DNA of 64,000 bases. It comes from Squalus acanthias (lineage: Eukaryota). Positions 23,880-37,209 of this stretch are shown here, in pieces. The position numbers and the translations under genes are program-made. The stretch covers positions 60,018,001-60,082,000 of the forward strand of contig CM059432.1 of NCBI GenBank assembly GCA_030390025.1, read 5' to 3'. The notes beneath the pieces were generated by a model, which was not told the DNA's origin, searched no databases, and was given only the letters and a program-made list of their open reading frames with translations. Numbering within the stretch: position 1 is the stretch's first letter; each line of letters starts with the position of its first letter.

Positions 23880-26290
23880 CGAAAGGGGGAAGGAGAGGGG
23901 TTGCCTGGTCCTTATGGAGCCCAGTCCTTTGATGTTGGTCTGGTGAGTACAAGGTTGATTCCAGCAGTTTGGAATGCCCCAGGCGTATTCCAATTATCAA
24001 CATAGTCTTAACCATAAACCCTCAGCACGAAGTTAATGCAGGGACAGCAGGAGGCACCTTGTGTTTCCATAGCAAATATGCTGAAAATAGCTAGTTGGTG
24101 GCTCACCAGTTCAATTACCTCAAAAGGCTAGCTAAGGTAGGCCTCCAAACTCAACTTTCATTACTCTCTGCTTAGTCCTGCATTACCTGTAGTCCAAGTA
24201 CTCACAACCCTTCCCGCCTGCAAATAACATCACTCTCCTCCAATCACTGCAGCACACTTCACTCTGCCACCTTCTGCTCCTACTGACAAACTCTGCTCCT
24301 GCTACTGTCCTTATTATGGCTTCTCTCACCTCCTCATACCATTGTCATCTTTCACTCACCAGCAACACTATTCTACCCTGACATTGACATCCTCAAAACA
24401 TCTCACCATGCTAATACTAATACTCTTTCTTGTAGGACAAGCTTGCACGCAATAGGAGGGAGCAGGCACCCACAGATGGAAAGACACTGTTCATCTATAT
24501 ACTGAAGGAACAAGTGATAGACATTGTAGCCAGGAGGCGTGTTAGGAGCATGACAACTAGAGAGGCTAGAAGACTATTTTTTCCTTATTCTCTTCTTACT
24601 TAAATCTCATCCTCAAACACTATGCATGACAAATTGCTGCTCATCTGTCTTTGCTTATCCCCGCCACTAAATGCTAACCCTTGTCCCTTTCTTCCCTCTC
24701 AAGTCCAAAAGTTCCACACAGTCACCAGGGAGAGGAGGAAGAACAGGGCAACACTGCAGACGAGGAAGCGTCACTTGACCGTACACTTGCAGACACCAGC
24801 TTAGAGACTGTGTGTAGTTCAAAGGGTAGGCTACTGGGGTCTGCACAAGGAGAAGTACAGGAACAGGGGCAGGGGTACAGGACAGACCAGGAAACAGCTC
24901 ACCAGATGTAGAGTTCGCATCTCAGCCCTGCTGCAGAGGGCACAGGTGAAGACGTCGAGGGCTCACCATACATGAGAAGACTGATGGCAATCCACACAGA
25001 GCTTCTAAGTGCACTGGGCTGCCTACCAGTAAGCTTGTGCACAATGTTGGAAAGCATGCAGGAGTCCAGCTCCAACTTGTATAGGGTCTTCATGCACAGC
25101 ATAGAGACCATGCAGTCAACCATGGGGTGAGTGGTCAGCTCTATGAACACTGCAGGGGGACCTAGAGTGATGGAGCCTCTGAAGACAGCTCTGACAGCTT
25201 TGATAGGAGCTCAGACTTCTGCCACCTTGGCTCTGGGGTCCACCATTTCCTCTGATTTATAAAGCCTGAAGGAGAGCCTTGTTAGGGGTTTCGAGAGCCT
25301 CCCAACACACCTGCAATGTAGTGGAAGTGTTGAGGTTCAGCACATTGAGCGTGGCAGTGGCTCCATGGGAGAGGCACCTGCTGTCCTCTCTCAGGATGAC
25401 AGCACGCCTGCTCCCTCGCCAGCCTCTCAACCAGTGCCCTTGTTGGTGCCAGACAGCCATCTGGGCCAAACTGCCCCGGTGAAACCAAGTCCTAGAATTC
25501 TGCAGCCGGGTCGCCAATGGCCAGAGCTCGTCGAGGCCGCCCACCACGGACATCTCAAGTGCCCTCAGCGGAAGTTTAGCAGCCTCCCATCTCCCAAGCT
25601 GTAGCCACCTAGTAAACCACCTCACAGGAGCACTAGAATAGGTAAATGAACACACAAGACAGACACGAGTGCATTGCACAAGGGTGATTTTGAGTTATCC
25701 ATGATCAGTGTAACCAGTTGTCAAATCAAGACTGGATAATTTTGGAGTAGAAAAGTAAACTTTTTTTTCGATTGCTATTGGTCTTCATATTCTTAATGGT
25801 GTTCCAGGAACACCCATGAAGCTGGTGGGTGTAAGGACTGGGGCAGATGAAAAGAGGGCCTGTTGATACTCTGCGGGGAGGAGGGATTTTGCAAGAGGAT
25901 CTCTCCTCAATAATTTGCTGCATTACAGCTCTCGCCGCTCAGAGCAGTGCTGGGCTCTGCTCTTCCTCTGCATCCTTCAGTTCCTCGTCCCCTTTATCTT
26001 CCTTCTCCACTTCTTCTTCCAAGGCAACTCCCCATTGGATGGCAAAATTGTGGAGCATGCTGCAAATGACACTCTGTCTGGGCTGTACTGATGGACTCTT
26101 CCCCAGCTGTCCAGACAGCAGAATCTTTGTTTCAAGTCGCCAAGCGTTTCAACTATGAGAACCCTGGTTGTTGCATGGCTCGGATTGTCCCTGACAGGAG
26201 CCATGAGCTATTGGTGAGAGTATACCCATTGTCCCTCAGCAGTCAGCCTGCCACCTGATGGTCTGGGTGGAACAGAACGGGTATTGAGGG
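23880..26290. mobile_element. Harbinger copy 2, heavily decayed (Myb-partner exons on +, transposase C-terminus on -)
   Basis: Acceptor TTCTTGTAG then DKLARNRREQ (24436); EEEEQGNTADEEASLD; colinear last exon ending near CACAAGGGTGA; minus strand SHATTRVLIVETLGDLKQRFCCLD and CSMLHNFAI. Confidence 0.8.
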
Positions 26291-27559
26291 CTGTATCGGG
26301 TTACATTTCCTTGTGGAAAATATTCTCGTTTGAACAAGCTCTTCAGATTTTTCTTCCCTTCCCCCATCAGCTTTTCACCTGACTGCCAGTCATGTTCAGA
26401 TTTCTTTTTATACGTTTTATGAGTGATGTATCACTATGACTTCTTGGTGTGACAATGAGTACTTATAACTAATGATAAGTCTCTGTACCATGTCATATAC
26501 TATCTCTTACTTTTCAAAATTCCAATGAAATTCTTAATTGGAAGAAAGGTGAAAAGAAATCTTTGAAAAACCATCAGAGTTTTAGAAAAATGTTTCTCAT
26601 TACACAGAAATGATCAAAAACATAAGATAATAATTCCCAATAAGGGACACTGCTCAATCCAAACCTTTTCAACATTTCTATTTACCACGATAGTTCAGTA
26701 CCAGTAAAATATGTCAGTATGAAGATACATCGAAGAATCAATAGGTATGAGTCAGCTCTTGCTGCTTTCAGTAGTGTGAAAGTCTTTTCAGAATATGATG
26801 GACCACGCCGCACTATCTGTACAGTGTGTGTAAGTGGTTCTGTCACTCATTTTTCTGGCTGCTGTCTGTACTGGAAAGCTTTATATCTACTGCAGTTTTA
26901 CAACTGGAAATCTAAATGCGACTAAACCTGCAGCGCCCTGTATGTTTGCATTCCATTTGGCAAATCATAGTTGGCTTTATCTGTCATGTATCATGCTAGC
27001 TTATGCCTGGCTTCAGCAGGCAGATGTGTGGGGAAATCACTGAATTCTGTAGCCTAAGAGATGATCTTAAACTGATTCTTTTCAGTGTTGCTCGTTAGAG
27101 GCTGTACAAATGACAATTCCAGGCATACGTCGACCACATTCAGGCTCCCTTCCAGAAAACCACAAAGCACTTGTGTTATTTTAGTATTAGTGTAATGCTT
27201 ATTGTGATGCATCTGCTGACTTCAGTCCCATTTTGCAGAAATCTAAATGTACATTTCAAGAATATTCCACTCGAGATGGTGACACAACACAACCTAAACA
27301 GCAAAATAATTTACAGCTAACTAGAATTCAAACTAAGGATGTTAGTTTGTGTAAACTGTACAACAAATGGAATTATGAATCGCGTTGTTTTACAAATCAC
27401 ATGACTAAATTTTTGGGAGGTGCTGAGCGATGGAGGATGTCAACTTAATAAATGGATAGGTCAAAAGCAAAATACTGCGGATGCTGGAAATCTGAAATAT
27501 AAACAGAAAATGCTTGAAATACTCAGCAGGTCAGGCAGCATCTGTGGAGAGAGAAACAG

Positions 27560-27596
27560 AGTTAACATTTCAGGTCAATGACCCTTCGTCAGAACT
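27560..27596 (-). ncRNA. Minimal hammerhead ribozyme motif (C-to-T change in the ACGT palindrome)
   Basis: Minus strand reads AGTT-CTGACGA-AGGGTC-ATT-GACCT-GAAAT-GTT-AACT. Confidence 0.6.
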
Positions 27597-27867
27597 GGAA
27601 AAAGTTGGAGATGTAACAGATTTTTAAGCAAGTGTAGGGGCAGGGAAAGGGGGGGAGGGGAGGAAAGAACAAAAGGGAAGGTCTGTGATAGGGTGGAAGG
27701 CAGGAGAGATTAAAAGACAAAAGGGATGATGGTGCAAGGCAAAAGGAGATGGTAATGGGACAAGTAAAGAAACAAAAGATGACTCCAGATGAAGTGTAAA
27801 TGGCAATGGCAGGATGATCAACAGCTGCCATGTGAAAGAGAGGGATAAAAAAAGATAGGGGCAGAGG

Positions 27868-28482
27868 TTATGGTCTGAAATTGTTGAACTCGATGTTGAG
27901 TCCAGAAGGCTGTAAAGTGCCTAATCGAAATATGAGGTGCTGTTCCTCGAGCTTACATTGAGCTTCATTGGAACAGTGTAAGAGGTCGAGGATGGAGAGG
28001 TCAGAGTGGGAGTGGAGCGGAGAATTAAAGTGACAGGCGACTGGAAGCTTGGGGTCACCCTTACGGACTGAACGGAGGTGTTCCGCAAAGTGGTCACCCA
28101 ATCTACATTTGGTCTCCCCAGTGTAGAGGAGACCGCATCGTGAGCAGTGAATACAGTATACTAAATTGCAAGAAGTATAAGTAAATTGCTGTTTCACCTG
28201 GAAGGAGTGTTTGGGGCCCTGGACAGTGGGAAGGGAGGAGGTAAAAGGGCAGATGTTGCATCTCCTGCGCTTGCATGGGAAGGTGCCGGGCGAAGGGGAA
28301 GGGGTGTTGGGGGTGATAGAGGAGTGGACCAGGGTGTCGTGGAGGGAGCGTTTCTTTTCGGAATGCTGAAAGGGGAGGTGAGGGGAAGATGTGTTTGCTG
28401 GTGGGATCATGCTAGAGGTGGCGGAAATGGCGGAGGATGATCCATTGAATGTGGAGGCTGGCGGGATGAGAGGTGAGGACAA
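27868..28482 (-). pseudogene. Penelope GIY-YIG endonuclease domain (5'-truncated, frameshifted)
   Basis: CKRRRCNICP linker, NLVYCIHCSRCGLLYTGETKCRLGDHFAEH, VACHFN and LEEQHLIFRLGTLQPSGLNIEF. Confidence 0.92.
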
Positions 28483-28870
28483 GGAGAACCCTATCGTGGT
28501 TCCGGGAGGGAGGGGAAGGGGTGAGAGCAGAAGTGCGGAAAATAGAACGGACCTGTAACAATGATGTCACTACACATCCTTCAATGGTTTCTCCTCCCTT
28601 GTCCAGACAATTACCATTGGTGTACCCCAAGGCTCCATTCACAATCCCCTCGTCACAGTATATATATTTCCCTGTGTGACATCATCTACAAGTACCCAGC
28701 TTTACCTATCCAACTCCTCTCTGATTCCAAAGTTGATGCTCAACTGCCTGTTTTGCTCTCCTTAATATTGACAAAATGAATGCCCTCCTTTCTGGATCCT
28801 GTCAGCTCCCTGCACTTAATTCCATCAATCGCCTGGACTGCCACCTCAGGAATGGTAGCATAGAGTCATG

Positions 28871-29134
28871 GGGAGAAAAATTGAGTCGTGCCCCCTTTGG
28901 GGCGCTAACTTCGCTGGGGCGCTACTTTTACACCCCGGAAAAATTAGCCCCCCCGCGGCTGAAATTGAGTGGTAGCACCCCAAGAGGGAAGTGGGGGGCT
29001 ACTGGAAGTGCCCCGCCTCCCTCTTGGGTCGCTGCGAGGGAATATCGTGGTGCTACATGCCGCGGTATTGCAGGCCTTCCTCCCCTTCTTAAAGGGTGCT
29101 AACGGGAGGTGCAAAGCAACCGAAATTTTCCCCC
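28871..29134. mobile_element. Short Harbinger-type MITE related to 42722-43616
   Basis: TIRs GGGAGAAAAATT / AATTTTCCCCC; shares the GCTAACGGGAGG subterminal sequence; sits in a CR1 (ATAGAGTC)n tail. Confidence 0.8.
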
Positions 29135-29247
29135 ATAGAGTCATAACGGTACAGAAGGAGGCCATTCGGCCCATCGAGTCTGTGCCGGGTCTCTGTAGAG
29201 CAAACCAGTCAGTCCCATTCCCCCTCCAGTCAGTCCCATTCCCCCAT

Positions 29248-29664
29248 AGTGATTATGTTAGTGAACTAGTAATCTGTAGGTCTGCACTAATGCTTTGAGA
29301 GACATGAATTCAAATCCCACCATGGTAGCTGTGGAATTTAAATTCAGTTAATTAAATAAATCTGGAATAAAAAGCTAGCCCCAGTAATGGTGACCATGAA
29401 ACTACCAGATTGTCATAAAACCCATCTGGTTCACTAATGTCCTTTAGGGAAGGAAATCTGCCATCCTTACCTGGTCTGGCCTATATGTGACTCCAGACCC
29501 ACAGCAATATGGCTGACTCTTAACTGCCCTCTGAGTTGTACCAAACCACTACAAAGAAGTATCACCTCATGGACTGCAGCAGCTCACCAGCACCTTGTCA
29601 AGGGCAATTAGGAATGGGCAATAAATGCTGGCCTTGCCCACATCCCATGAATGAATTAAAAAAA
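29248..29664 (+). mobile_element. SINE family B copy
   Basis: Close match to 11957-12306 (GAATTCAAATCCCACCATGG...GGGCAATAAATGCTGGCCTTGCC, A-rich end). Confidence 0.85.
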
Positions 29665-31061
29665 CGTCTGGTTGTGGAACCTTCATGTCTTGCTTGGATC
29701 AGAGCTGAGTTTCCTTCCAAACATGCAACCTATCATTAACATCATCTTTTTCCACTTTCGCAATTTTGCCTGCCTCGACCCACCTTTTCCCCAATGCAGT
29801 TTGGAATATAATCTATGATATAAGCCTTGATTTCTCCAATAATCTCCTACCCAGACTCCCTGTTTCCAACCTTCACAAACTGCAACTCATAACTAACGTT
29901 GTTGCGATTGCCATCACCTGCCCAAAGCCCCGTGCTTCCATCACCCCAGTCTTCAGCAGGGTCCATTGGCTTCTTGTGTTCCTATGAATCAACTTCAAGA
30001 TCTTGGTCCTTAACTTCACATGCCTTCACAGCCTTGCCCACCCTACGTCAATTATCTCTTTTAACCATGTGCCCACACTCACATCCTCTGTTCACATGGC
30101 AAATCTTTATTCCCTGTTCTTTTGCTCCACCATTTGCCATTTTGCCCCTGTCCTCTGAAACTCCCTCCCAACATCCCTCCACATTACCTCCTCCCTTCCT
30201 GCTTTCAATTGCCTGCTGAAGACTTTTTATCAACCACTCTTTCAGTCTTGCCCCCAACTTCATTCTACTTGTTCTTTCCCTCCTGCTTGATATCCATTTT
30301 CTACTGCTCTCTGTAAAACGCTCTGAGGCATCTGTCTGATGTGAGGAGCATTATTACAAATGCAAGTTGTTGTAATTCAACACAATCACAAAGACATTCT
30401 CAGCACAATGTACCAATCAAGTGCATAAAATTTAATGAATCAACTGAGAGATGTGTGGATGTTGTCAGTGTGTTTAGCCATGGTGCTTCTCATTTCTGCT
30501 GGTGCATTGTGTGTGACGGCTAACAACTAACCTACAACCTCTTCGAAAGCATTTTGTAGTGGAAGGAAAATGTACGTTGGCTGACTGCAGGGTTTATTAA
30601 CAGCCTACTGGGATTCTAATGGACCTAGATCTCCCTAGTCTATGCATTGTGAGGACCCTCGATATGAGTCAGCCAATCCTGGACTGTGTTAGCTGATTGC
30701 CTGTTTCCAAACATCTTCTACCATGCCGGATGCTCGGGGATGAAGGGGGAGGGGAACCGATGTTGCTTGGACAGAAAAACTGTCCTTCCTCACTCAATAA
30801 CACCCAGGGGGTTATTTTGGCCATAGGGTGAAAACACACGTTAAATGGGTGCTGTGCTATTAAGAATCGCTGTTTGAAAGTCCGGATTTAGCACGCAATT
30901 TTCAGATTCATTGCTAATTATGATGATTTGAACGTGCCTGCAGGCGCTGAAACCGCCAACTGCAGGTTTAGGACTCAAGCGCTGATTAGATGCGATTTTC
31001 CTGGAGCTGTGTATGTAGCCTGCACTCACCCACTCCCACTGAAGGTGTGGAGTGCGATGGA

Positions 31062-33670
31062 TGTCACAAGGAGCAAGAGAGAGGGCGCCCAGGTTCTCTG
31101 ATGTGATACTGGAAGTCCCGGTTGAGGAGGTAGAGAGGAGGAGGGATGTCCTCTACCCGCAGGGGGGGAAGGAGGCCATAGAGGCAGCTGATGCGCTGCA
31201 TGTAGGACGAGAACATCCAGGAGGTCACAGCCAGGAGCCCAGGACATGGATCCAATGTTGAAAGAAATTTAACGGCTTGACAAGTGTGGTCAAGGTAAGA
31301 TCCCATCTCAGAAAGACACTTCTCAAGAACTGCACCACCACCACCAGCATCACAACCTTAACACTCATCACCCACCATCTAACTATACGCTAACATTCAC
31401 ACACACCACACTATTGCATCCTTCACAGGCACTACTTACATCTCAGAGCTCTTCAACCATGTGAGGCATCACACACACACACACACAATCCACCAGCCAA
31501 TACACTCACACACTCATTCACAATCATCATTCTTTCTCTTCCAGGAAAAATAGCACATAACAGTCAGCAGAAGGACCTGACCAGGGTGAGGGGAAGCACA
31601 ACTTCATTACATCACTCCCCTTGAGCAGGCAGTGCTGGCCGTGATTGGGGTTCGGTGCGGGGGGGGGGGGGGGGGCGGGGGGGGGGTAGTGGCAGACCCC
31701 GTGGCCAGAGGCAGAGCAGGGGGCAACTCGTCTAGAGGTATGTGGCTACTGCAGCTTCTTTGCCGATGCACAACTATTCCTGATTCCTAATCACCCAAAG
31801 CTATCCTCACCCCCAAGCTCCATATGGTCTCATCACACACATCCTCCTATAGTGGCCACACGTGCTGCACCTTAACACTTTCAGCTTTACCATTGCAGGC
31901 TCCCAGGAGCAAGATCCACCTTGTCCCATGGAGCCCAACAGCCACCTTGCCCTACGGAGGAAGAGGAGGAGAGCGAGGAGGAGGAGGAGGAGGAGGAGGA
32001 GAGCGAGGAGGAGAGCGAGGAGGAGGAGGAGGAGGAGGAGGAGAGCGAGGAGGAGAGCGAGGAGGAGGAGGAGGAGAGCGAGGAGGAGAGCGAGGAGGAG
32101 GAGGAGAGCGAGGCGGAGGAGGAGGGCGAGGAGGAGAGCGAGGTGGAGGAGGAGGAGGAGAGTGAGGAGGTGAGCGAGGAGGAGGAGAGCGAGGAGGAGG
32201 AGGAGAGTGAGGAGGAGAGCGAGGAGGAGGAGGAGGAGGAGAGCGAGGAGGAGGAAGAGGAGGAGGAGAGCGAGGAAGAGGAGAGCGAGGAGGAGAGTGA
32301 GGAAGAGGAGGAGGAGAGCGAGGAAGAGGAGGAGAGCGAGGAGGAGGAGGAGAGCGAGGAGGAGGAAGAGGAGAGTGAGGCGGAGGAGGAGGGCGAGGAG
32401 GAGAGCGAGGCAGAGGAGGAGGGCGAGGAGTAGAGCGAGGAGGAGGAGGAGGAGGAGAGCGAGGAGGAGGAGGAGGTGAGGAGGAGGAGGAGGAGGAGAG
32501 CAAGGAGGAGAGCGAGGAGGAGGAGAGCGAGGAGGAGGAGGAGGAGGAGAGCGAGGAGGAGAGCGAGGAGGAGGAGGAGGAGGAGAGTGAGGAGGAGGAG
32601 GAGAGCGAGGAGGAGGAGGAGGAGGAGAGTGAGGAGGAGGAGGAGGAGGAGAGCGAGGAGGAGAGCGAGGAGGAGGAGAGTGAGGAGGAGGAGGAGGAGG
32701 AGAGCAAGGCCAAATGCACTGCGTCAATGGCTACAACTGTTGCAGGCACCAGCTCAGAGACCGGTACCCCGCGCAACGTAGAGGCTAGCTTAGAAGAGGG
32801 ATCCACACGGTGGGATACACTGGGCACTAGCGGGCAGCAGCCATGCAGGGTGGAAGGGACACCACAGGTGTCACCTTTCCAGGGGGGCAAGGCTGCATAC
32901 TAGTTCTGCTGTAGAGGTGTCAGATGAGGTCCTCGCAGGGCCAAGCTTCAGAAGATGGCTGATGGTTTTGACAAACCAAATGTTTGGTGCAATGAAGAGC
33001 CTGCCTGTCATGTCTGGGGGGATGGAGGAGTCACCTCCACCTTGGTCTGTGGCTGGACTCAGCCTGGATCCCATCCTGTCCAGCGTGGAGAGGCTGGTGA
33101 CTTCCAGCCAGCTACCTGTGAAGCCCAACATCATGCAGCGTCTGATGACTGAGGTCGCTGCTTCCACTGCAGTCATAGCATCTTCCATGGAGCGGCAAAC
33201 TGCTGCAATGGAAGCTCAGGCAGCTGCCATGGTGGCTCTGGGGTCCTCGGTTGGAAGGGGCTTGCAGAGTGTCTCCGATGCCCACAGATCTGTCCTCCAG
33301 CAGATCACTGGACTGGCTGAACAGAGGCCCTGAGGTAGTGGCGTAGGAATCATTGAGCAGGAACCTACTGGCCTCTCTCCGGATGCCAGCATTGCTTCTC
33401 CCTCCCCGGCCACTCCACCATTGTCCTTGCCGTTGCCTGTCAGTCAGGCAGCCCAGATTGCTGAAGCCCATGCTGCGATGGTGCAGTCTGAGGCAGGGCC
33501 ATCACGGCCCATAGCCTCTCGAGGGCGTCCCAGGAGGACATCTGAACTGCCCTCTTCAGATTCTCAGCAGCCTCGCCTGCTGCTGCACTGGGGTTGCACA
33601 TCGTAGAAGCACCAGATTACACAAGAGCACTTATAGGATAGCCACTGAGGGTAAGCACCAAGGTGAAATA
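31062..33670 (+). pseudogene. Three-exon Harbinger Myb/SANT partner gene
   Basis: MSQGARERAPRFSDVILEV..EEVERRRDVLYP...RTWIQC*KKFN; donor GTAAGA 31295, acceptor 31544, donor GTATGT 31738, acceptor 31898; acidic repeat; stops and frameshifts. Confidence 0.85.
31956..32706 (+). repeat. (GAG)n-AGC/AGT compound trinucleotide repeat encoding poly-Glu/Ser
   Basis: Directly visible, about 750 bp. Confidence 0.98.
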
Positions 33671-33910
33671 GTTTAATATTTTTAAGTGATGTTGGTTCTG
33701 TCATGTTTACATATTTTGTTTTTGATGTATTTAAATAGTGATTATGGTAATTGGGTAGTGGTGGAATCAGTGGTCTTTTTTATTGTGATCTTCATGGGGA
33801 AGGGACTGAAAGGATTGAGTGCAGATGATGCCGTGCCTGATGGATCCTAAGTCGTGGAAGGCACACCATGTGGCAACAGTGCTCCGGATTCTGATGGTGG
33901 AGCATGTCTT

Positions 33911-35066
33911 TCAAAAGCGTTGTTTAATTAGATGGCAGCGGGTGTCCCTCCCAGGTGTGGTCTATCTACCTGTTAGCCTCTGGTGCTCCCTCTGTTCCCC
34001 CTCTTCCTCCTCCTCCTCCTCCTCCACCACCTCTTGTGGCTCCTGAGCTTGACCCTCTGGCCCAAATGCTGGTGGTAACAACTGGTCTCTCATGATCACC
34101 AGATTGTGGAGCATGCAGCAAATCACCACGAATGTGGACATCTTCTCGGTCGAGTACTGCAGGGCACCTCCTGATTGGTCAAGGCATCTAAACCTCTTCT
34201 TGAGGGCCCCAATGGTCTGCTCAATGATATTCCTGTGGCTGAGTGGCTCTCATTGTATGAGTGCTCAGCTGGTGTCTGGGGAATCCTCAGGGAAGTCGTG
34301 AGCCATGGCATCAGAGGGTATCCATTGTCACCTAGTAACCAACCATGCACATTGTGTTGGGGCTCAAAGATCGGTGGGACAGATGCCTGTCTCATTATAA
34401 ATGCATCATGGCAGCTCCCTGGATAGCAGGCATTCACCTGGATGATGCGCTGCCAGTGGTTGCAGAGAAGCTGTACATTGAGGGAATGAAATCCCTTCCT
34501 GTTCCTGAATACCTCCGAGTTTAAATAAGGGCTCGCATGGCCACATGTGTACAGTAAATGGCTCCCTGGACCATGGGGAATCCTGAAATCCTGTCGAATC
34601 CCAGTGCCCTCTGCCGCTGGTCTTCTCTGGAAATAGGGAATGATACAGTCATTCCTCAGATTATATAGAGCCGCAGATACCTCCCTTATGCAGTGTGCAC
34701 AGAGGATTGTGAGATGTGACTTATCTCATGTGTGGCAGCCTGGAAGGTTCCAGTAGCAATAAAGTTAAATGTTACTGTGATCTTGACTGCCACAGGCAAT
34801 GCAGTCCTGTGACGTCTGAGTCTTCCTTCCACGAGGCCACAGATCTCTGTAATGATCTCCTTGGTAAAGTGCAGCCTCCTCATGCACTGGTGTTGGGTCA
34901 TGTGAATGTAGGAGTAGTGCTCTCTGAATACCCTGGGTGGATAGGGCCTCCTGCTGAGAGCCTTCTGTCCCTCACTCCTGCAGCATCTGGTGCTGCTCTG
35001 CCCTGGCCTCATCTCCTCCTCCAAATCGTCATGCAGAGCAAGAGGGACCCCTATTAAGATGCCCAT
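33911..35066 (-). pseudogene. HARBI1-like DDE transposase, full span but disabled
   Basis: RRPYPPRVFR...RRLHFTKE...ALPVAVKI...FIATGTFQ...ISQSSVH; FRNRKGFHSLNVQ; YPGSCHDAFI; WLLGDNGYP; IEQTIGALKKRF; CCMLHN. Frameshifts, and the DxTH Asp reads Tyr. Confidence 0.95.
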
Positions 35067-36668
35067 GACCAAGCACTCCCTTTCTCCAGGTGACTCCTGT
35101 AAGGCATCCAATAAGGTAGAGTAACACAGCACTCAATCTTTTTAGGTGAAGTTCTGAGAGCATATCCAGGAACAATGTTGATAGAGTGTTAGTGAAGTCT
35201 TGACAAAGTGTCCCAGAAAGTCTCCCGATGTGTCTCAAAAGATCTCTTCAAATGCAGTGTAGTCAGTTGATTTCAATCAGCAAGTGAACATTGAAAGCTG
35301 AGCATGGCTTTAAGTAGCGCTCGAAATACTCAGCAAGGACTTGTTTACTCCTGTTCAGCTGGTCGCTGTTAGGAGAGGTCGTTAAATTAAGCGTTATCCA
35401 CCAAAATGGCGTGCAGCCTCTTTAATGAGCACTAGCAGCCAATTTAATTGTCAATCAGCCCCTTAACGATCCTCCAGGCGGCCGTTCCTAGCGCACGTTT
35501 CAACTCCTTTATCAAGATAGCATCTTGCACTAAATGTGGGCTAAACTGGTGTTTTTACCTCTTTAGTGCCTAAAATATTCGGCCAAAGATTCCCCCACCC
35601 CCCAATCTACAGCAATTTTTCAGGCCATGTCAGGTGTTAAAAAAGCAACTTGCAGGCTGACTTCAGTCGAAATGACCATTACAGGTTCCTTGGGATACTA
35701 ACAAGTGACTAGACATATCCCCTATTGAGAAAATCCAAAGAAAAAAAACACGAGTCAATTTTCAGTTTAGAAGTAAATAAGACTATTAATCATGTAACTA
35801 AAATTTGTTTCACAACCCGATACCAACAAAAGAAAAAAATCTATTGTTTCAAAATATTCATTTCTTGTCAGAAATTAATTAATCTCTGTTCTTCAGCATT
35901 ACTATGATAATCGTTTTCTGTGATGTTAATATTCATAGCGGTAAATTTGCTGAATACATTTTTTTATTAGTACTGTCATGCTACATTTGTGTGTTGCATC
36001 ATGTTAATTTAAGGACATGCCAGTGGAACTGAAACAAATCTGGACTTCAGTGAAAATCTGTAAATGATTATCTTACGTATAAAAGCCTTGTGTTGATAAA
36101 CTTTTATAATAAAACAGGGACCCCACGGCTGTCTGAAATACGCCAGACACGTGCTGATGATATCAACTTATGCAGTTCATGTTGCACAAATATATCCATT
36201 GGCATTTGTGACCAGTGGCTGTGGTTGTGCAAATATCAGATATTCTATATCTAATTAATTTGACAATATTATTTTAGACTAGACACATTCATCTTCCTTC
36301 TTTAGATAATGGAGGAGAAGTTGATATGCATTACGCCCATTTATCACGCGTAAAACCGGGGCAATTTACACCAATTTCTCATTGTTGTGTCTCACCCAGT
36401 GAAAAACCAAACACCCTGCTCCCCTCACTGGATTTCTCTGGGCTGGTGAATGAGATTTGAAGGTTAAATTACATTGCCCTGGTTGCCCAGAGGTGGAAGG
36501 TTTGTTTCTTCCTCCTCTTCCTCAGCTGTATCTTGTTTTGGGTTATCTAGAAGAAAAGAAAGTGAAGTGATGTAACAATGTAACACAACTACCATGGTGG
36601 CTCCTCCATAGCTTTTGAAGGTGCCTAATCACGTTTCCTGATAGTGTGTTTTCACTCCCAAGCTATTA

Positions 36669-37209
36669 ACATAGAATCATAGAGAATCATAGAATGGTTA
36701 CAGCACAGAAGGAGGCCATTCGGCCTGTTGAGCCCGTGCCGGCTCTCTGCAAGAGCACTTCTGCTAATCCCACTTCCCCCGTAGCGCAGAATTTTTTTTT
36801 CCTTCAGGTACTTATCCAACCCTCTTTTGAAAGCCACAATTGAATCTGCCTTCACCACCCTTTCAGGCAGTGCTTTCCAGATCATAACCACTCGCTGCAT
36901 ACAAGTTTTTCCTCATGTAGCCTTTGGTTCTTCTGCCAAGCACCTTAAATCTGTGTCCTCTGCTTCTCAACCCTTCCGCTAATGGGAACATTTTCTCTCT
37001 TTCTACTCTGTCTAGACCCCTCATGATTTTGAACACCTCTATCAAATCTCCTCTCAAACTTCTCTGCTCTAAGGAGAACAACCCCAGCTTCTCCAATCTA
37101 TCCATGTAACTGAAGTCCTTCATCTCTGGAACCATTCTTGTAAATCTTTTCTGCACCCTCTCTAAGGCCTTCACATCCTTCCTAAAGTGCCGTGCCCAGA
37201 ATTGGACAG
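36669..37209 (-). mobile_element. 5'-truncated CR1 LINE
   Basis: VQFWARHFRKDVKALERVQKRF ORF and ATAGAATC tail. Confidence 0.93.

Larger units (their letters stand above)
27461..28552 (-). mobile_element. Penelope-like element, 3' part (GIY-YIG endonuclease and pseudo-LTR)
   Basis: The ORF at 27868-28482 is followed by the pseudo-LTR sequence scattered across the window. Confidence 0.92.
28553..30375 (+). mobile_element. Ancient L2 LINE relic, interrupted by a CR1 tail, a MITE and a SINE
   Basis: KLQLITNVVA...ASITPVFSRVHWL resembles the L2 LQ.IQN.AAR...HITP.L..LHWL motif; GVPQGS remnant near 28620; L2-type 3' end at 30310-30373. Confidence 0.7.
30807..35596. mobile_element. PIF/Harbinger transposon copy 3 (most complete, decayed)
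   Basis: 16-bp imperfect TIRs GGGGGTTATTTTGGCC / GGCCAAAGATTCCCCC; full-span Myb-partner gene (+) and transposase (-) are convergent. Confidence 0.9.

Noticed and set aside
31807..32890. Poly-Arg, poly-Leu, poly-Pro/Ser and poly-Gly ORFs
   Set aside because: Alternative frames of the GAG repeat; only the acidic frame fits the homologous Harbinger copies.
33911..35066. Host HARBI1 gene (and NAIF1/MSANTD for the Myb ORFs)
   Set aside because: Multiple disabled copies lie between TIRs in transposon configuration, so no host gene symbol is assigned.
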